This document shows, in pieces, positions 10,641 through 21,801 of a stretch of 64,000 nucleotides of DNA. This stretch comes from Minisyncoccota bacterium. GTDB lineage: Bacteria; Patescibacteriota; Minisyncoccia; JAHISW01; Tagabacteraceae. The first letter of the stretch is position 1; every line of letters starts with the position of its first letter. A program made the position numbers and the translations under genes. Where the stretch lies: assembly GCA_028711505.1 (NCBI GenBank), contig JAQTSC010000002.1:11936-75935 (forward strand). Reading direction: 5' to 3'. The notes below the pieces were generated by a model that was not told where the DNA came from, made no database searches, and saw only the letters and a program-made list of their open reading frames with translations.

Positions 10641-11099
10641 CTAAAAAAATCTTTTGATAAGAACTATGGTGCTGGCATTGTACAGCGGATTTTCAAAAGG
10701 GAAAATTTTCTGTTCAATTACTCCCGAAAAGCCGTTGCTATTCGTGGCATGTATAATGCTGTTCCCGCCAACAAAAAGAGCGACGTGCCCAATATACAAT
10801 TTCTTTTCCGGAAATAAATCATGTCTGTAATGGCCCCTTTCGCCTTCAAAAAAGACAAGGTCTCCCGCTTGAACATTTCGTCTTCCGCAAACCTCAAAAC
10901 CCTGCCGATCCGCCGCCTGAAGAATCGTTGAACGAGGAATCTTTATGTCAGCTTTGGCAAAGACGGACTGGATGAAAGAAGAACAATCAAATACTTTATT
11001 CTCAACGCCAAGCTCATCAAGATATGCCCCGTATTTGTAAGGACTGCCGATAAGACGTTTCGCCTCTTCTACTACTATTTCAATCTTTTTATTCTCCAT
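10641..11099 (-). CDS. NlpC/P60 (C40) peptidase
   Basis: GSPYKYG; FDCSSF; GHVAL; IIHA; AGGAGG before MENKK start. Confidence 0.92.
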   Translation of the reverse strand: MENKKIEIVVEEAKRLIGSPYKYGAYLDELGVENKVFDCSSFIQSVFAKADIKIPRSTILQAADRQGFEVCGRRNVQAGDLVFFEGERGHYRHDLFPEKKLYIGHVALFVGGNSIIHATNSNGFSGVIEQKIFPFENPLYNASTIVLIKRFF

Positions 11100-11192
11100 A
11101 AAGCGTTCCTCCTTATTTAAAAAACCAATTTTATACAAGCTTACACTCTTATTGAAATTTGTCAAAGTTTAATGTATCCTTGTATAATTAAA

Positions 11193-11266
11193 GCCGGCGT
11201 AGCTCAGTCGGTTAGAGCATGGGACTCATAAACCCAAGGTCAGTGGTTCGATTCCACTCGCCGGCA
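11193..11266 (+). tRNA. tRNA-Met(CAT), probably elongator
   Basis: GCCGGCG/CGCCGGC acceptor stem; CTCATAA loop; GGTTCGATTCC. Confidence 0.9.
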
Positions 11267-11286
11267 TTGTACGATTGAAAATTTTT

Positions 11287-11360
11287 GCGGCTGTAGCTTA
11301 GCGGTTTAAAGCGCTTCCCTGTCACGGAAGAGACCGTGGGTTCAAATCCCATCAGCCGCG
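11287..11360 (+). tRNA. tRNA-Asp(GTC)
   Basis: GCGGCTG/CAGCCGC stem; CTGTCAC loop; G73. Confidence 0.95.
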
Positions 11361-11367
11361 CTTAATT

Positions 11368-11396
11368 AAAATTCCCGACATAAAGTCGGGAATTTT
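11368..11396. terminator. bidirectional terminator
   Basis: AAAATTCCCGAC-ATAAA-GTCGGGAATTTT between convergent units. Confidence 0.8.
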
Positions 11397-11422
11397 CCGT
11401 TATTGCTGCAGCTTACTGCAGC

Positions 11423-11821
11423 TTAATATTTCTTGACCAAGACAGTAAAAGAAGGGGCCTCAAAATTAAAAAATGAAACTTTTTTTAATTCCTGGCTCAA
11501 CGCCTCAATCTCACAAGGGTCGGATGAATAAATTTTCACAAAAGGAAAACTCACATCGCAATGGTCGTCGCAAACAAAAGCGGCAGTATCAAAATCTTCT
11601 AAGATAACCTTGCTTTTTGCTCCGGCTTTTTGTATGGCGAGTTTTACGGCTCTTGTAAAATCCTGCCGTGTTTTTTGCGGCAAATTTTTTGCCCCATGAA
11701 TTTCAACAACCGAAACAACTTCGTTTTTCGTCATATTTCCGCTCTCCTTTCTCCCGTCTAAAATCTCAAAATAAACAAATTTATTATTATCAACGTCCTG
11801 TTCCCTTCTGTCTTTTATCAC
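11423..11821 (-). CDS. hypothetical protein
   Basis: 132-aa ORF; start uncertain; no motif recognised. Confidence 0.5.
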   Translation of the reverse strand: MIKDRREQDVDNNKFVYFEILDGRKESGNMTKNEVVSVVEIHGAKNLPQKTRQDFTRAVKLAIQKAGAKSKVILEDFDTAAFVCDDHCDVSFPFVKIYSSDPCEIEALSQELKKVSFFNFEAPSFTVLVKKY

Positions 11822-11882
11822 AATGCCAAAAAGAAAACAAGAAAGGCAGGTTAATGTTTAACCTGCCTCAGAAAATCAAGCG

Positions 11883-12251
11883 TTAAGCTCTACGAAAAGC
11901 TTTCAACCGGACCTTTATCAAAAATTTAAGATTTTTATAGCCGGCAAAAAACATAATAAACGGCCAACCGTAGATTTCCTTGTATTGCCGGAACAAAAAT
12001 TTTATCTGACGCGGGTCCTTAAAGTCTGATAAAAAAATTCCGCTAGACTTTTGAATCAACCAGTAAAAACGGAATTTTGTGATTTTGTTGAATAAAAATA
12101 GAAAGAAATTAGGCGGAGGGATGAGGCAGACTTTCGGTATTGACCTGTTGTAATCTTCGGCTCTGGCATGTTTTATTTGATAATAAAGCACCCCTGTTTT
12201 TCGGTACCACCAAAGAAAAATAATAAAAGCAAAAATCATCAATATTTCCAT
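11883..12251 (-). CDS. hypothetical membrane protein
   Basis: N-terminal hydrophobic anchor; purine-rich RBS. Confidence 0.55.
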   Translation of the reverse strand: MEILMIFAFIIFLWWYRKTGVLYYQIKHARAEDYNRSIPKVCLIPPPNFFLFLFNKITKFRFYWLIQKSSGIFLSDFKDPRQIKFLFRQYKEIYGWPFIMFFAGYKNLKFLIKVRLKAFRRA

Positions 12252-12380
12252 TTCTATTTCCCCCTTTTTTTAAGATTCAACATCAGATTTTATCTAAACT
12301 AATTTTTACCGCGCTGATAAAAAATAATCAAGTGCTTGTTTATTTGGGAAAAAACTGTTATATTTTAAAAATAAATTTAT

Positions 12381-12452
12381 CGCGGGGAAGTGTAACGGTT
12401 GCACACGAGGCTCATAACCTTGTAGTAGTAGGTTCAATTCCTACCCCCGCAA
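12381..12452 (+). tRNA. initiator-type tRNA-Met(CAT)
   Basis: CGCGGGG 5' end with C1:A72 mismatch; CTCATAA loop. Confidence 0.88.
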
Positions 12453-12454
12453 CA

Positions 12455-12497
12455 CAACAACAAAAAACATCCGCTTGCCGGGTGTTTTTTGTTGTTG
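12455..12497. terminator. terminator hairpin
   Basis: CAACAACAAAAAACATCCG...CGGGTGTTTTTTGTTGTTG. Confidence 0.75.
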
Positions 12498-12610
12498 CTA
12501 TTGAGGAACTAAGCGCGAAGAAAATACCACTTCAGGCGGAGAAAATAAAATAGAAAAAATTTATTAACCTATTCATTATAGGAAGGGGAAATCATTGTTT
12601 TTATTTTGAT

Positions 12611-13174
12611 TTATATATACTCCACTTCCTTCAGCGCTTTTTCATAAAGCGACAAAACCTCCTTGGCTTCATCTTGAGTAAACTCATACGCTTCGCCTTC
12701 AAAATCTATATTCTTCCGCACCTCGTGAGCTCTCCACACATCATAAATTCCTTTGAATTTATGATGGTCTATTTTTGAAAGCCTTTCGCCGAAAGTTTCT
12801 CCCTGATACCCTATTTTGATTATTATCTCATCAATAATATTATCCGCCTCAACAACCGCCCATTTCCAATCCTCCGGGTTTTCCGAGTCCCGAAGTCTTT
12901 TTACTTTATTCCATCTTTCAATCCTTTCCTGCGGAGAAAAGTCCGCCGTCCTTTTTAAAAGTTCCGCTAATTTTGTTTTTCTCATTCTGAAAAGCATAAG
13001 CAGGACGCACAAAATTCCAAAGAAAAGGATAATGGAAAGAACCACCGAAAATATTTTTACCTGAGAAAAAGAGCCGAAACGCTTCCATTCTCCGGTCGTG
13101 AAGAAACGGTTTGATTCTTCAAAAAAAACCGAGATGCGATAAAAAATGTATTCCAAATTCAGATAAGGTTTCAT
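12611..13174 (-). CDS. hypothetical single-TM protein
   Basis: TM helix, then WKWAVVEAD...GETFGERL...AHEVR helical domain; follows gatA. Confidence 0.7.
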   Translation of the reverse strand: MKPYLNLEYIFYRISVFFEESNRFFTTGEWKRFGSFSQVKIFSVVLSIILFFGILCVLLMLFRMRKTKLAELLKRTADFSPQERIERWNKVKRLRDSENPEDWKWAVVEADNIIDEIIIKIGYQGETFGERLSKIDHHKFKGIYDVWRAHEVRKNIDFEGEAYEFTQDEAKEVLSLYEKALKEVEYI

Positions 13175-13219
13175 AAAAACAAAAGATAAATACAAACAAG
13201 ACGGAAAGAACAAAATAAT

Positions 13220-14680
13220 TTAAAAATTCTCTTCAAAAAATTTGCCTAAAGAAAATAATCTTTCTTCTTCAAACCACGGAGCCATAAATTGAACGCCTAT
13301 CGGCAATTTTTTCGCTCCAATTTCCGCGTACCCGCAAGGCAAAGAGATTGCCGGAACTCCGCTTAAATTTGCCGACACGGTAAAGATATCCGCAAGATAC
13401 ATCTGTACGGGGTCTTCTGTTCTTTCTCCAAGTTTAAAAGCCGGCGTAGGGGTTGTCGGACTCAACACGACATCAACATCGGTAAAAGCCCGGTTAAAAT
13501 CGGCTTTCATCAAATCTCTGGCTTTTTGCGCCAAACCGTAATATTCGTCATAATAACCGGACGAAAGAACGTATGTTCCAAGCAAAATCCTCCTGCGCGC
13601 TTCCCTGCCAAAACCTTTTCCTCTTGTTTCTTTATAGCCGGCCAAAAGATTTTCTCCGGATTTTGAAAATCCGTATTTTATACCGTCGTATCTCGCGAGA
13701 TTTGAAGAAACTTCGGCTGGCATAATTACATAATAAATTTCAAGCGCGTATTTCAAGCTCGGCAAACTGATTTCTTTTATTTCATATCCTGAATTTTTGA
13801 AAAACCCTATCGCTTTAAAAACATTTTCGGAAACGAAGTTATCAATGCCTTTGTTTTCACCGGATAAATTGAAAAATTCTTTTGGTATTCCTATTTTCAG
13901 CTTTTGACTATCGTCCGCCGGCCGACGAATCGATTTTCTGTTTTTGGTTTCTTCACTGGTAGAATCCATCGGGTCGCAATCTCGTATGGCGTTAAAAATT
14001 ATTTCCGCATCTTCCACGGTTTTCGTCATCGGGCCTATCTGGTCCAAAGAAGATGCCATGGCAATAAGTCCGTGTCTTGAGACCGCTCCGTAGGTCGGTT
14101 TAAACCCCACAATTCCGCAAAAACCGGCCGGCTGCCTTATTGAACCGCCGGTGTCGGAACCAAGCGCGGCAAGACACATCTGGCTGGCGACCGCGGCGGC
14201 GGAGCCGCCGGAAGACCCGCCGGAAACTCTTTCTCCGTCATAAGGATTTTTGGTCGCTCCAAAAGCGGAATTTTCGGTTGAACCGCCCATGGCAAATTCA
14301 TCAAGGTTGGTTTTTCCTAAAAATATGGCGCCTTCTTTTTCAAGCTTATCAATAACCGCGGCATTGTACGGCGCTTTGAAATTTTCAAGAATTTTCGACG
14401 CGGCAGTGCACTTTTTTCCTTTTATCAAAATGTTGTCTTTTATCGCCAAAGGAATCCCGGTCAATTCCGAAAATCGCCCTCCCTCTTTGATTTGCTCGTC
14501 AATTTTTTCCGCCTTCTCCATTACATCGTCAAAAACTTCCAAATAAGCGTTGATATCGCTGTTTCTTTTCTTGATGTTTTCAAGATAAAAAACGGAAAGT
14601 TCCCTGCTGGAAATTTCGCCGGTTTTTAGAAGTTCGTGCGCTTTTTTTATTGAAAGTTCGGATAAATCAATCTTCGTCAT
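13220..14680 (-). CDS. gatA: Asp/Glu-tRNA amidotransferase subunit A
   Basis: GGSSGGSAAAVA; GSDTGGSIRQPA; NLARYDG. Confidence 0.98.
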   Translation of the reverse strand: MTKIDLSELSIKKAHELLKTGEISSRELSVFYLENIKKRNSDINAYLEVFDDVMEKAEKIDEQIKEGGRFSELTGIPLAIKDNILIKGKKCTAASKILENFKAPYNAAVIDKLEKEGAIFLGKTNLDEFAMGGSTENSAFGATKNPYDGERVSGGSSGGSAAAVASQMCLAALGSDTGGSIRQPAGFCGIVGFKPTYGAVSRHGLIAMASSLDQIGPMTKTVEDAEIIFNAIRDCDPMDSTSEETKNRKSIRRPADDSQKLKIGIPKEFFNLSGENKGIDNFVSENVFKAIGFFKNSGYEIKEISLPSLKYALEIYYVIMPAEVSSNLARYDGIKYGFSKSGENLLAGYKETRGKGFGREARRRILLGTYVLSSGYYDEYYGLAQKARDLMKADFNRAFTDVDVVLSPTTPTPAFKLGERTEDPVQMYLADIFTVSANLSGVPAISLPCGYAEIGAKKLPIGVQFMAPWFEEERLFSLGKFFEENF

Positions 14681-14987
14681 TATCAAAAACTTTTTTAACC
14701 TTAACAAACCCTCTCTCTTTCTGCGGCGCTTCTTTCAAAAACGTTTCGCTGTATTCGGCTTCCTTATGCGGATTCTCGTCTTCTCTTAAAACGTTCTTAA
14801 GTCCCGCGCTGTCCCCGTTTTCGTTTTCAGCCGAGATAATCTGCAGTTCACCCGGCGCTTGTTTTAATTTTGAGATGAACGTCACGATATCATCCAAATT
14901 TTTTTGGAGCACTTTCAACTCGCTGTCAGGAACATCCAAACGGCCAAGTTCGGCTAATTTTTCCAACTCTTTTTTCGTAAATGCCAT
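14667..14987 (-). CDS. gatC: Asp/Glu-tRNA amidotransferase subunit C
   Basis: KLAELGRL; NVLRED; FVKVKKV; overlaps gatA start. Confidence 0.9.
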   Translation of the reverse strand: MAFTKKELEKLAELGRLDVPDSELKVLQKNLDDIVTFISKLKQAPGELQIISAENENGDSAGLKNVLREDENPHKEAEYSETFLKEAPQKERGFVKVKKVFDNDED

Positions 14988-15201
14988 GTTTTAATATTAC
15001 ACGCGCAAGGAGATTATTAAAAGCATCCGCTTCGAACCTCTGGAATATTCCTTTCGCGACACGCTCTCTTCGCTCCAGCGGCTCACTCGCTCGTCTACGG
15101 CGAAAAAAATTTTTTGTTTTATAAATTTTAACAAAAAATACCAATCTTTTTTCGTCTTCGAATGATCTTGAAAGAAATATTACCGAGGTTCGCTAAAAAC
15201 C

Positions 15202-15347
15202 AGTAGGGAGCAGAATGTTTCCTCTGAGCGGATTGTGTAGGCGTTTTGGCATGGTCCCCGCCCTTGGCGGGGCAAAACGCCGGAACCCTCGGAGTCCCGC
15301 GCTGGCGGGACGAGAATGAGCGAAGGGAAAACATTCTACTCCCTACT
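15202..15347. repeat. GC-rich palindromic element with terminal inverted repeats
   Basis: AGTAGGGAGCAGAATGTTTCC pairs with GGGAAAACATTCTACTCCCTACT; two internal hairpins. Confidence 0.7.
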
Positions 15348-15348
15348 A

Positions 15349-17421
<2,073 letters not shown>

Positions 17422-17450
17422 TTACAAAAACGCCGGCAAAAAATTGAAAC

Positions 17451-18218
17451 TTATGTCCAAAAAAATGCCAAAAGAGAGCCGAAGACAAGAAACGGGCCGA
17501 AAGGAATTTTGCTCTTAAGCCCGTAGCCTTTTTTAAGCGAAATCAGCAAAAGCCCGATTATTGAGCCTACCCAAAACGCGAACAAAAATCCGAAAAATAC
17601 TTTTTCAAATCCCAAAAACCAGCCAAGACCTAAGGCGAGCTTGGCATCGCCAAAACCCATCCACTTTCCTTTTGACAAAAACCAAAGGACGGCAAAAAAA
17701 CCGCCAAAAAGAAATCCCGCTGACAAATCCAGAAGAAAATCGTAGAGGCTGAAACTTGAAAAATAAATCATGTAATTAAAAGCGAGCGCGTTGAAAAACC
17801 AAACATAACCGTTCGGAATTATAAAATGAAGAAAATCATAAACCGCGATAACGATTAGGATTGAAACAATAAGCCAAAGAAAAAACACGATCCCAAGCAA
17901 ATGGAAATTGGAAAATTGATTGAAAATTAAAAATTTAAAATTAAAAATCAGCAGGAACAACAGCCCCGTTATTGTTTCTAATATCGGATACTGCCAGGAA
18001 ATTTTGCTTTTGCACCCCCTGCATTTCCCTTTTTGCGCCAAAAAACTGAAAATCGGAAAAAGCTCCTTCCACTTTAATTTTTTTCCGCAGGAAAAACATT
18101 TTGAATTTCCCCAAAAAACGCCCTCGCCGGTGCCGCGCCTAAGTATAAGCACATTCAAAAAACTGCCTATGACAGACCCGAAGATAAAAACAATTATGCC
18201 AAGAACAACATTATTCAT
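17451..18218 (-). CDS. pilD: prepilin peptidase
   Basis: IGSFLNV; two CxxC pairs; MGFGDAKL; IPFGPFL. Confidence 0.95.
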   Translation of the reverse strand: MNNVVLGIIVFIFGSVIGSFLNVLILRRGTGEGVFWGNSKCFSCGKKLKWKELFPIFSFLAQKGKCRGCKSKISWQYPILETITGLLFLLIFNFKFLIFNQFSNFHLLGIVFFLWLIVSILIVIAVYDFLHFIIPNGYVWFFNALAFNYMIYFSSFSLYDFLLDLSAGFLFGGFFAVLWFLSKGKWMGFGDAKLALGLGWFLGFEKVFFGFLFAFWVGSIIGLLLISLKKGYGLKSKIPFGPFLVFGSLLAFFWT

Positions 18219-18263
18219 ATTCTAATTTTACCATATCTTTTTTATTTCTAAACACGGCGGCAT

Positions 18264-18307
18264 AAACAGAAACCCAGCTCCTTATAAGGGGGCTGGGTTG
18301 CCTGTTT
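18264..18307 (-). terminator. terminator after pilin gene
   Basis: AACCCAGCTCCTT-AT-AAGGGGGCTGGGTT hairpin with extended stem. Confidence 0.75.
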
Positions 18308-18326
18308 CAATGCAATCTGAAAGGAA

Positions 18327-18836
18327 TTACGGAGTTACGTCGTAGCAAGCATCAGTTCCTGCACCATCAGTCGCATCGCAGTCAGCGTCGTTTCCGTCAA
18401 AACCGAAGTCAGCTGAAGGAGACTTATCTGCATCATTATCAAGAGCAGCATTAGAAGTATCTTCTAGGACCGCTCCAAGATGGTAATAAAGACAGTTGCC
18501 CGCATCAGCCACGGCGCACGCGCCTCCAGCGCTGCTATCCAAATTATCATAAGCATAGCCTGCGAGAGAGCTAGGGTCAGTCGGAACTACAGCTATATAC
18601 GTAGGAGCAAGAGTAGACAATGCATCCGGATAACCAGTTTCAGTGGCGCACGCTGCGTCATAACAAAGCTCAAGCGCCAATTGAATTTGTTTTAAGTCCG
18701 CAATTCTTCTAGCATCTCTTGATTTCTGCCTCGCGCTGTTCAATGACGCCAAAACTACTGACGCCAAAATACCAATGATGGCGATAACCACGAGGAGTTC
18801 AATTAAAGTAAAGCCCTTATTTCTTTTGCTAAACAT
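18327..18836 (-). CDS. type IV pilin, probable major pilin
   Basis: G-FTLIELLVVIAIIGILA; own promoter and terminator; lies between pilC and pilD. Confidence 0.9.
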   Translation of the reverse strand: MFSKRNKGFTLIELLVVIAIIGILASVVLASLNSARQKSRDARRIADLKQIQLALELCYDAACATETGYPDALSTLAPTYIAVVPTDPSSLAGYAYDNLDSSAGGACAVADAGNCLYYHLGAVLEDTSNAALDNDADKSPSADFGFDGNDADCDATDGAGTDACYDVTP

Positions 18837-18893
18837 TTTTTAATTCGGTATTAAGTTAATCGACCTTTTGGTTAATTGCTTAATTACAAATTC

Positions 18894-18938
18894 ATTATAA
18901 CGTTTCTGACTTTATTTTTCACGTTTTGTTGTGGATAA
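18894..18938 (-). promoter_or_regulatory. pilin promoter with upstream DnaA box
   Basis: TTATCCACA-7nt-GTGAAA-17nt-TATAAT on the minus strand. Confidence 0.6.
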
Positions 18939-18962
18939 GTTTCTTTGCAAGACAACTCCGCA

Positions 18963-20171
18963 TTATACCGCCATCGCGATGTTGTAAATCGGCACCAAAA
19001 CAGAAGCCAGAAGAAGCCCGACACCGACGCCCAAAACAACGGTCATCGCCGGCTCAATAAGACCTATCATTGTTTCAAGAGCGTCGTCCATTTCTCTTTT
19101 ATAGAAACCCGCCAGCGTTTTAAATATAAAATCCAATTTCCCTGTTTCTTCCCCTATTTTTATCATCTGTCCCATAAGAGGCGAAATTTCATGATACCTG
19201 GAAAAACTTTCGGAAATAGTGGCGCCTCCTTTAACCGATTCTATCGTATCTTTTAAAATCGCCCTGTAAATCGGGCTCTCAACCACATCCGATGTTATTT
19301 CCAAAGACCTTATCATGCTCACGCCTCCGGTAATCAAAGTTTCCAGGTTGTCGGCAATACGGGCAAGATAAAGCTTTTGGTATAAAGTTCCAAGATAAGG
19401 AATAGAAAGCTGGAGAGAAGCGACTTTAAGACGGCCATCGGGTGTTTTTGAATATCTCCATAAAAGGAAAACTCCTACTGCCAAAAAAAGGAAGAAAAAA
19501 GCTCCGTAATTTCTCAAAATATCGCTTGTGTACATTACCGCTTTCGTGTAAAGAGGAGCCTCCTGCCCGCTTTCTTTAATAATATCGGTGAGTTTGGGAA
19601 TAACAACAACCATCATTACCACAATTACACCGATAAAAGCGGCAACAACGAAAGCTGGATAGATAAGCGCTTTTTTCGCTTTGCCTATAAGTTCGGCATT
19701 GCGTTCCAGATAATCAGCCAAATGTTTGAAAATTTCATCCAATTTTCCGGATTCTTCCCCTGTCTTCACCATGCTTACGTAAAAATTAGAGAAAACTTTC
19801 GGATATCGCGAAAGCGCTTCCGCGATCCTTGAGCCGCCGCTTATATCCACGACAATGCCATTTAGAACCTCGCGCATAGCAGGATTTTCAATTTCGGCAG
19901 AGAGAAGTTTAAAAGCGCTCAATACTGAAACTTTCGCCTCAAAAAGAGTCGCTATCTGTCTTGAAAGCATCACTATATCTTTTCTTTTCACTTTTTTAAA
20001 AGAAAAAATATCCTTGTCAAAAAAAGGAATCCTGCTTGATTTTGAAACAAGGGAGATTACTATCAGGCCTCTTCTTTGGAGAGAACTTAAGGCGATTTCC
20101 TGGCTTGACGCTTCCAGTTCGCCTTCTTTAATTTCTCCGTTAGGCGTTGTCGCTTTGTAATAAAAAAGCAT
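18963..20171 (-). CDS. pilC: type IV pilus platform protein (GspF family)
   Basis: GEESGKLD and GEETGKLD repeats; ALIYP; LIEP. Confidence 0.95.
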   Translation of the reverse strand: MLFYYKATTPNGEIKEGELEASSQEIALSSLQRRGLIVISLVSKSSRIPFFDKDIFSFKKVKRKDIVMLSRQIATLFEAKVSVLSAFKLLSAEIENPAMREVLNGIVVDISGGSRIAEALSRYPKVFSNFYVSMVKTGEESGKLDEIFKHLADYLERNAELIGKAKKALIYPAFVVAAFIGVIVVMMVVVIPKLTDIIKESGQEAPLYTKAVMYTSDILRNYGAFFFLFLAVGVFLLWRYSKTPDGRLKVASLQLSIPYLGTLYQKLYLARIADNLETLITGGVSMIRSLEITSDVVESPIYRAILKDTIESVKGGATISESFSRYHEISPLMGQMIKIGEETGKLDFIFKTLAGFYKREMDDALETMIGLIEPAMTVVLGVGVGLLLASVLVPIYNIAMAV

Positions 20172-20177
20172 AGAAAA

Positions 20178-21251
20178 TCAAGAATTTAAATCAACGAGCG
20201 CTTTGGGATTTAAAGAAAAAGCAAGCGCGTTGTCCATGCTTATTTCACCGCTTCTCACAAGATTCAAAAGTGAACTATTCAAGCTTATCATCCCTTCTGA
20301 CGAACTCGTTTCTATAACTATATCTATCTCGTGCGTGCGACCTTCGCGTATCAAATTCCGAATCGCCGTGTTTGCTATAAGAAGTTCGTACGCGGGGATA
20401 AGCCCTCCGGAAATCCTCGGCACAAGCCTTTGGGAAAAAATGCCAAGCAAACTTCCCGCAAGCTGCAGGCGAATCTGGTTTTGCTGGTCCGCCTGGAAAG
20501 AATCTATAATTCTGTCCACGGTCTGGCTTGCGTTGTTGGTGTGAAGCGATGAAAAAACCATATGCCCGGTTTCCGCCGCGGTTACGGCAATTGCGATACT
20601 GTCCGGATCTCTCATCTCGCCTATCATTGCCACGTCCACGTCTTGACGGAACATGGCGCGAAGGGCGCGCGGAAAATCTTCCGCGTCAGTCCCCACTTCG
20701 CGCTGATCTATTGTTGATTTGTCTTGTATGAATAAATATTCTATAGGATCTTCAATCGTCACAATATGCTGATTCATTTCATGATTTATTATATCTATCA
20801 TCGCGGCAAGGGTGGTTGATTTACCGTGCCCGGTAGGACCGACTACAAGGAAAAAACCTTGTTGCTTTAAAGCAAATGTCCTTAAAAGATCCGGCACATT
20901 CAGGTCTTCAAGATTTTTTATTTCGGAAGGAATAAAACGCATCGCCAAACCCATGTAGCCTTTCTGCCTGAAAGCGTTACATCTGAAACGAGCTTTATTC
21001 GCGGCATTATACGCGAAATCCAAATCTCCTTTTGCCAAAAGTTCCGTTTTTTGACTTTCTTTTATCATGGAAAAAACGATTCCTTCTATCAATTCCGGCG
21101 TCATCATCGGCTTCTTTACCAAAGGAACCAGTGTTCCGGAAACCCTCACGGTCGGGTGCCTGCCAACGGAAAGATGCAAATCAGACCCGCCTGATTCAAC
21201 GACGGAAGTAACCAAATCATTAATTTCTTTTAAATAATCGATTGAAGGCAT
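20178..21251 (-). CDS. pilT: pilus retraction ATPase
   Basis: GPTGHGKSTT; TIEDPIE; AIRNLIRE. Confidence 0.96.
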   Translation of the reverse strand: MPSIDYLKEINDLVTSVVESGGSDLHLSVGRHPTVRVSGTLVPLVKKPMMTPELIEGIVFSMIKESQKTELLAKGDLDFAYNAANKARFRCNAFRQKGYMGLAMRFIPSEIKNLEDLNVPDLLRTFALKQQGFFLVVGPTGHGKSTTLAAMIDIINHEMNQHIVTIEDPIEYLFIQDKSTIDQREVGTDAEDFPRALRAMFRQDVDVAMIGEMRDPDSIAIAVTAAETGHMVFSSLHTNNASQTVDRIIDSFQADQQNQIRLQLAGSLLGIFSQRLVPRISGGLIPAYELLIANTAIRNLIREGRTHEIDIVIETSSSEGMISLNSSLLNLVRSGEISMDNALAFSLNPKALVDLNS

Positions 21252-21323
21252 CAAAATAATTTAAGAAGATAAAATACCGATTATAAAATTACAATTTTAT
21301 ATTTTTGTTCCAAAATTTCCGTT

Positions 21324-21767
21324 TTAAGCTCTCTTCCTCTCCAATACCGACTTGATTTTTTCGACAACTTCAGTGGGCGTAAAATTCGCTTTTACGATGT
21401 AATCCGAAGCGCCAAGCTTTATTCCTTTGTCTATATCGTCTTTTTGCCCAAGATTGCTTAAAATGATTATCGGAAATTTTCCGATAATACCTTCCGTCTT
21501 AAGCGCTTCTAAAAATTCCAGACCGGTCATTTTCGGCATGACAACATCCAAAAGCATGATATCCGGCCGAAATCCGCCTTTTAATTTATTCAGAGCGTCA
21601 TCCGTGCTTTTTGAAGATTCCACACTAAAGCCGGATGATTTGAACTTTACCGAATACATGTCCAAAAGAAAATCATCGTCGTCTAAAAGGAAAACCGTAA
21701 TTACCTTATCCATTGTTTTTTCGGACTCGGGCGAAAGATCGCTTGCGGTTGTGTTTCCTTGAGACAT
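21324..21767 (-). CDS. single-domain response regulator
   Basis: LLDDD; LLDVVMP; ILSN; YIVK. Confidence 0.9.
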   Translation of the reverse strand: MSQGNTTASDLSPESEKTMDKVITVFLLDDDDFLLDMYSVKFKSSGFSVESSKSTDDALNKLKGGFRPDIMLLDVVMPKMTGLEFLEALKTEGIIGKFPIIILSNLGQKDDIDKGIKLGASDYIVKANFTPTEVVEKIKSVLERKRA

Positions 21768-21801
21768 AATTTTATTTTTGATTAAGAGTGCCGCCGTATC
21801 A

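Noticed and set aside
11193-11266. tRNA-Ile2 (lysidine) identity for this CAT tRNA
   Set aside because: A UAU tRNA-Ile is present and an elongator Met is needed; not fully excluded without an isotype model
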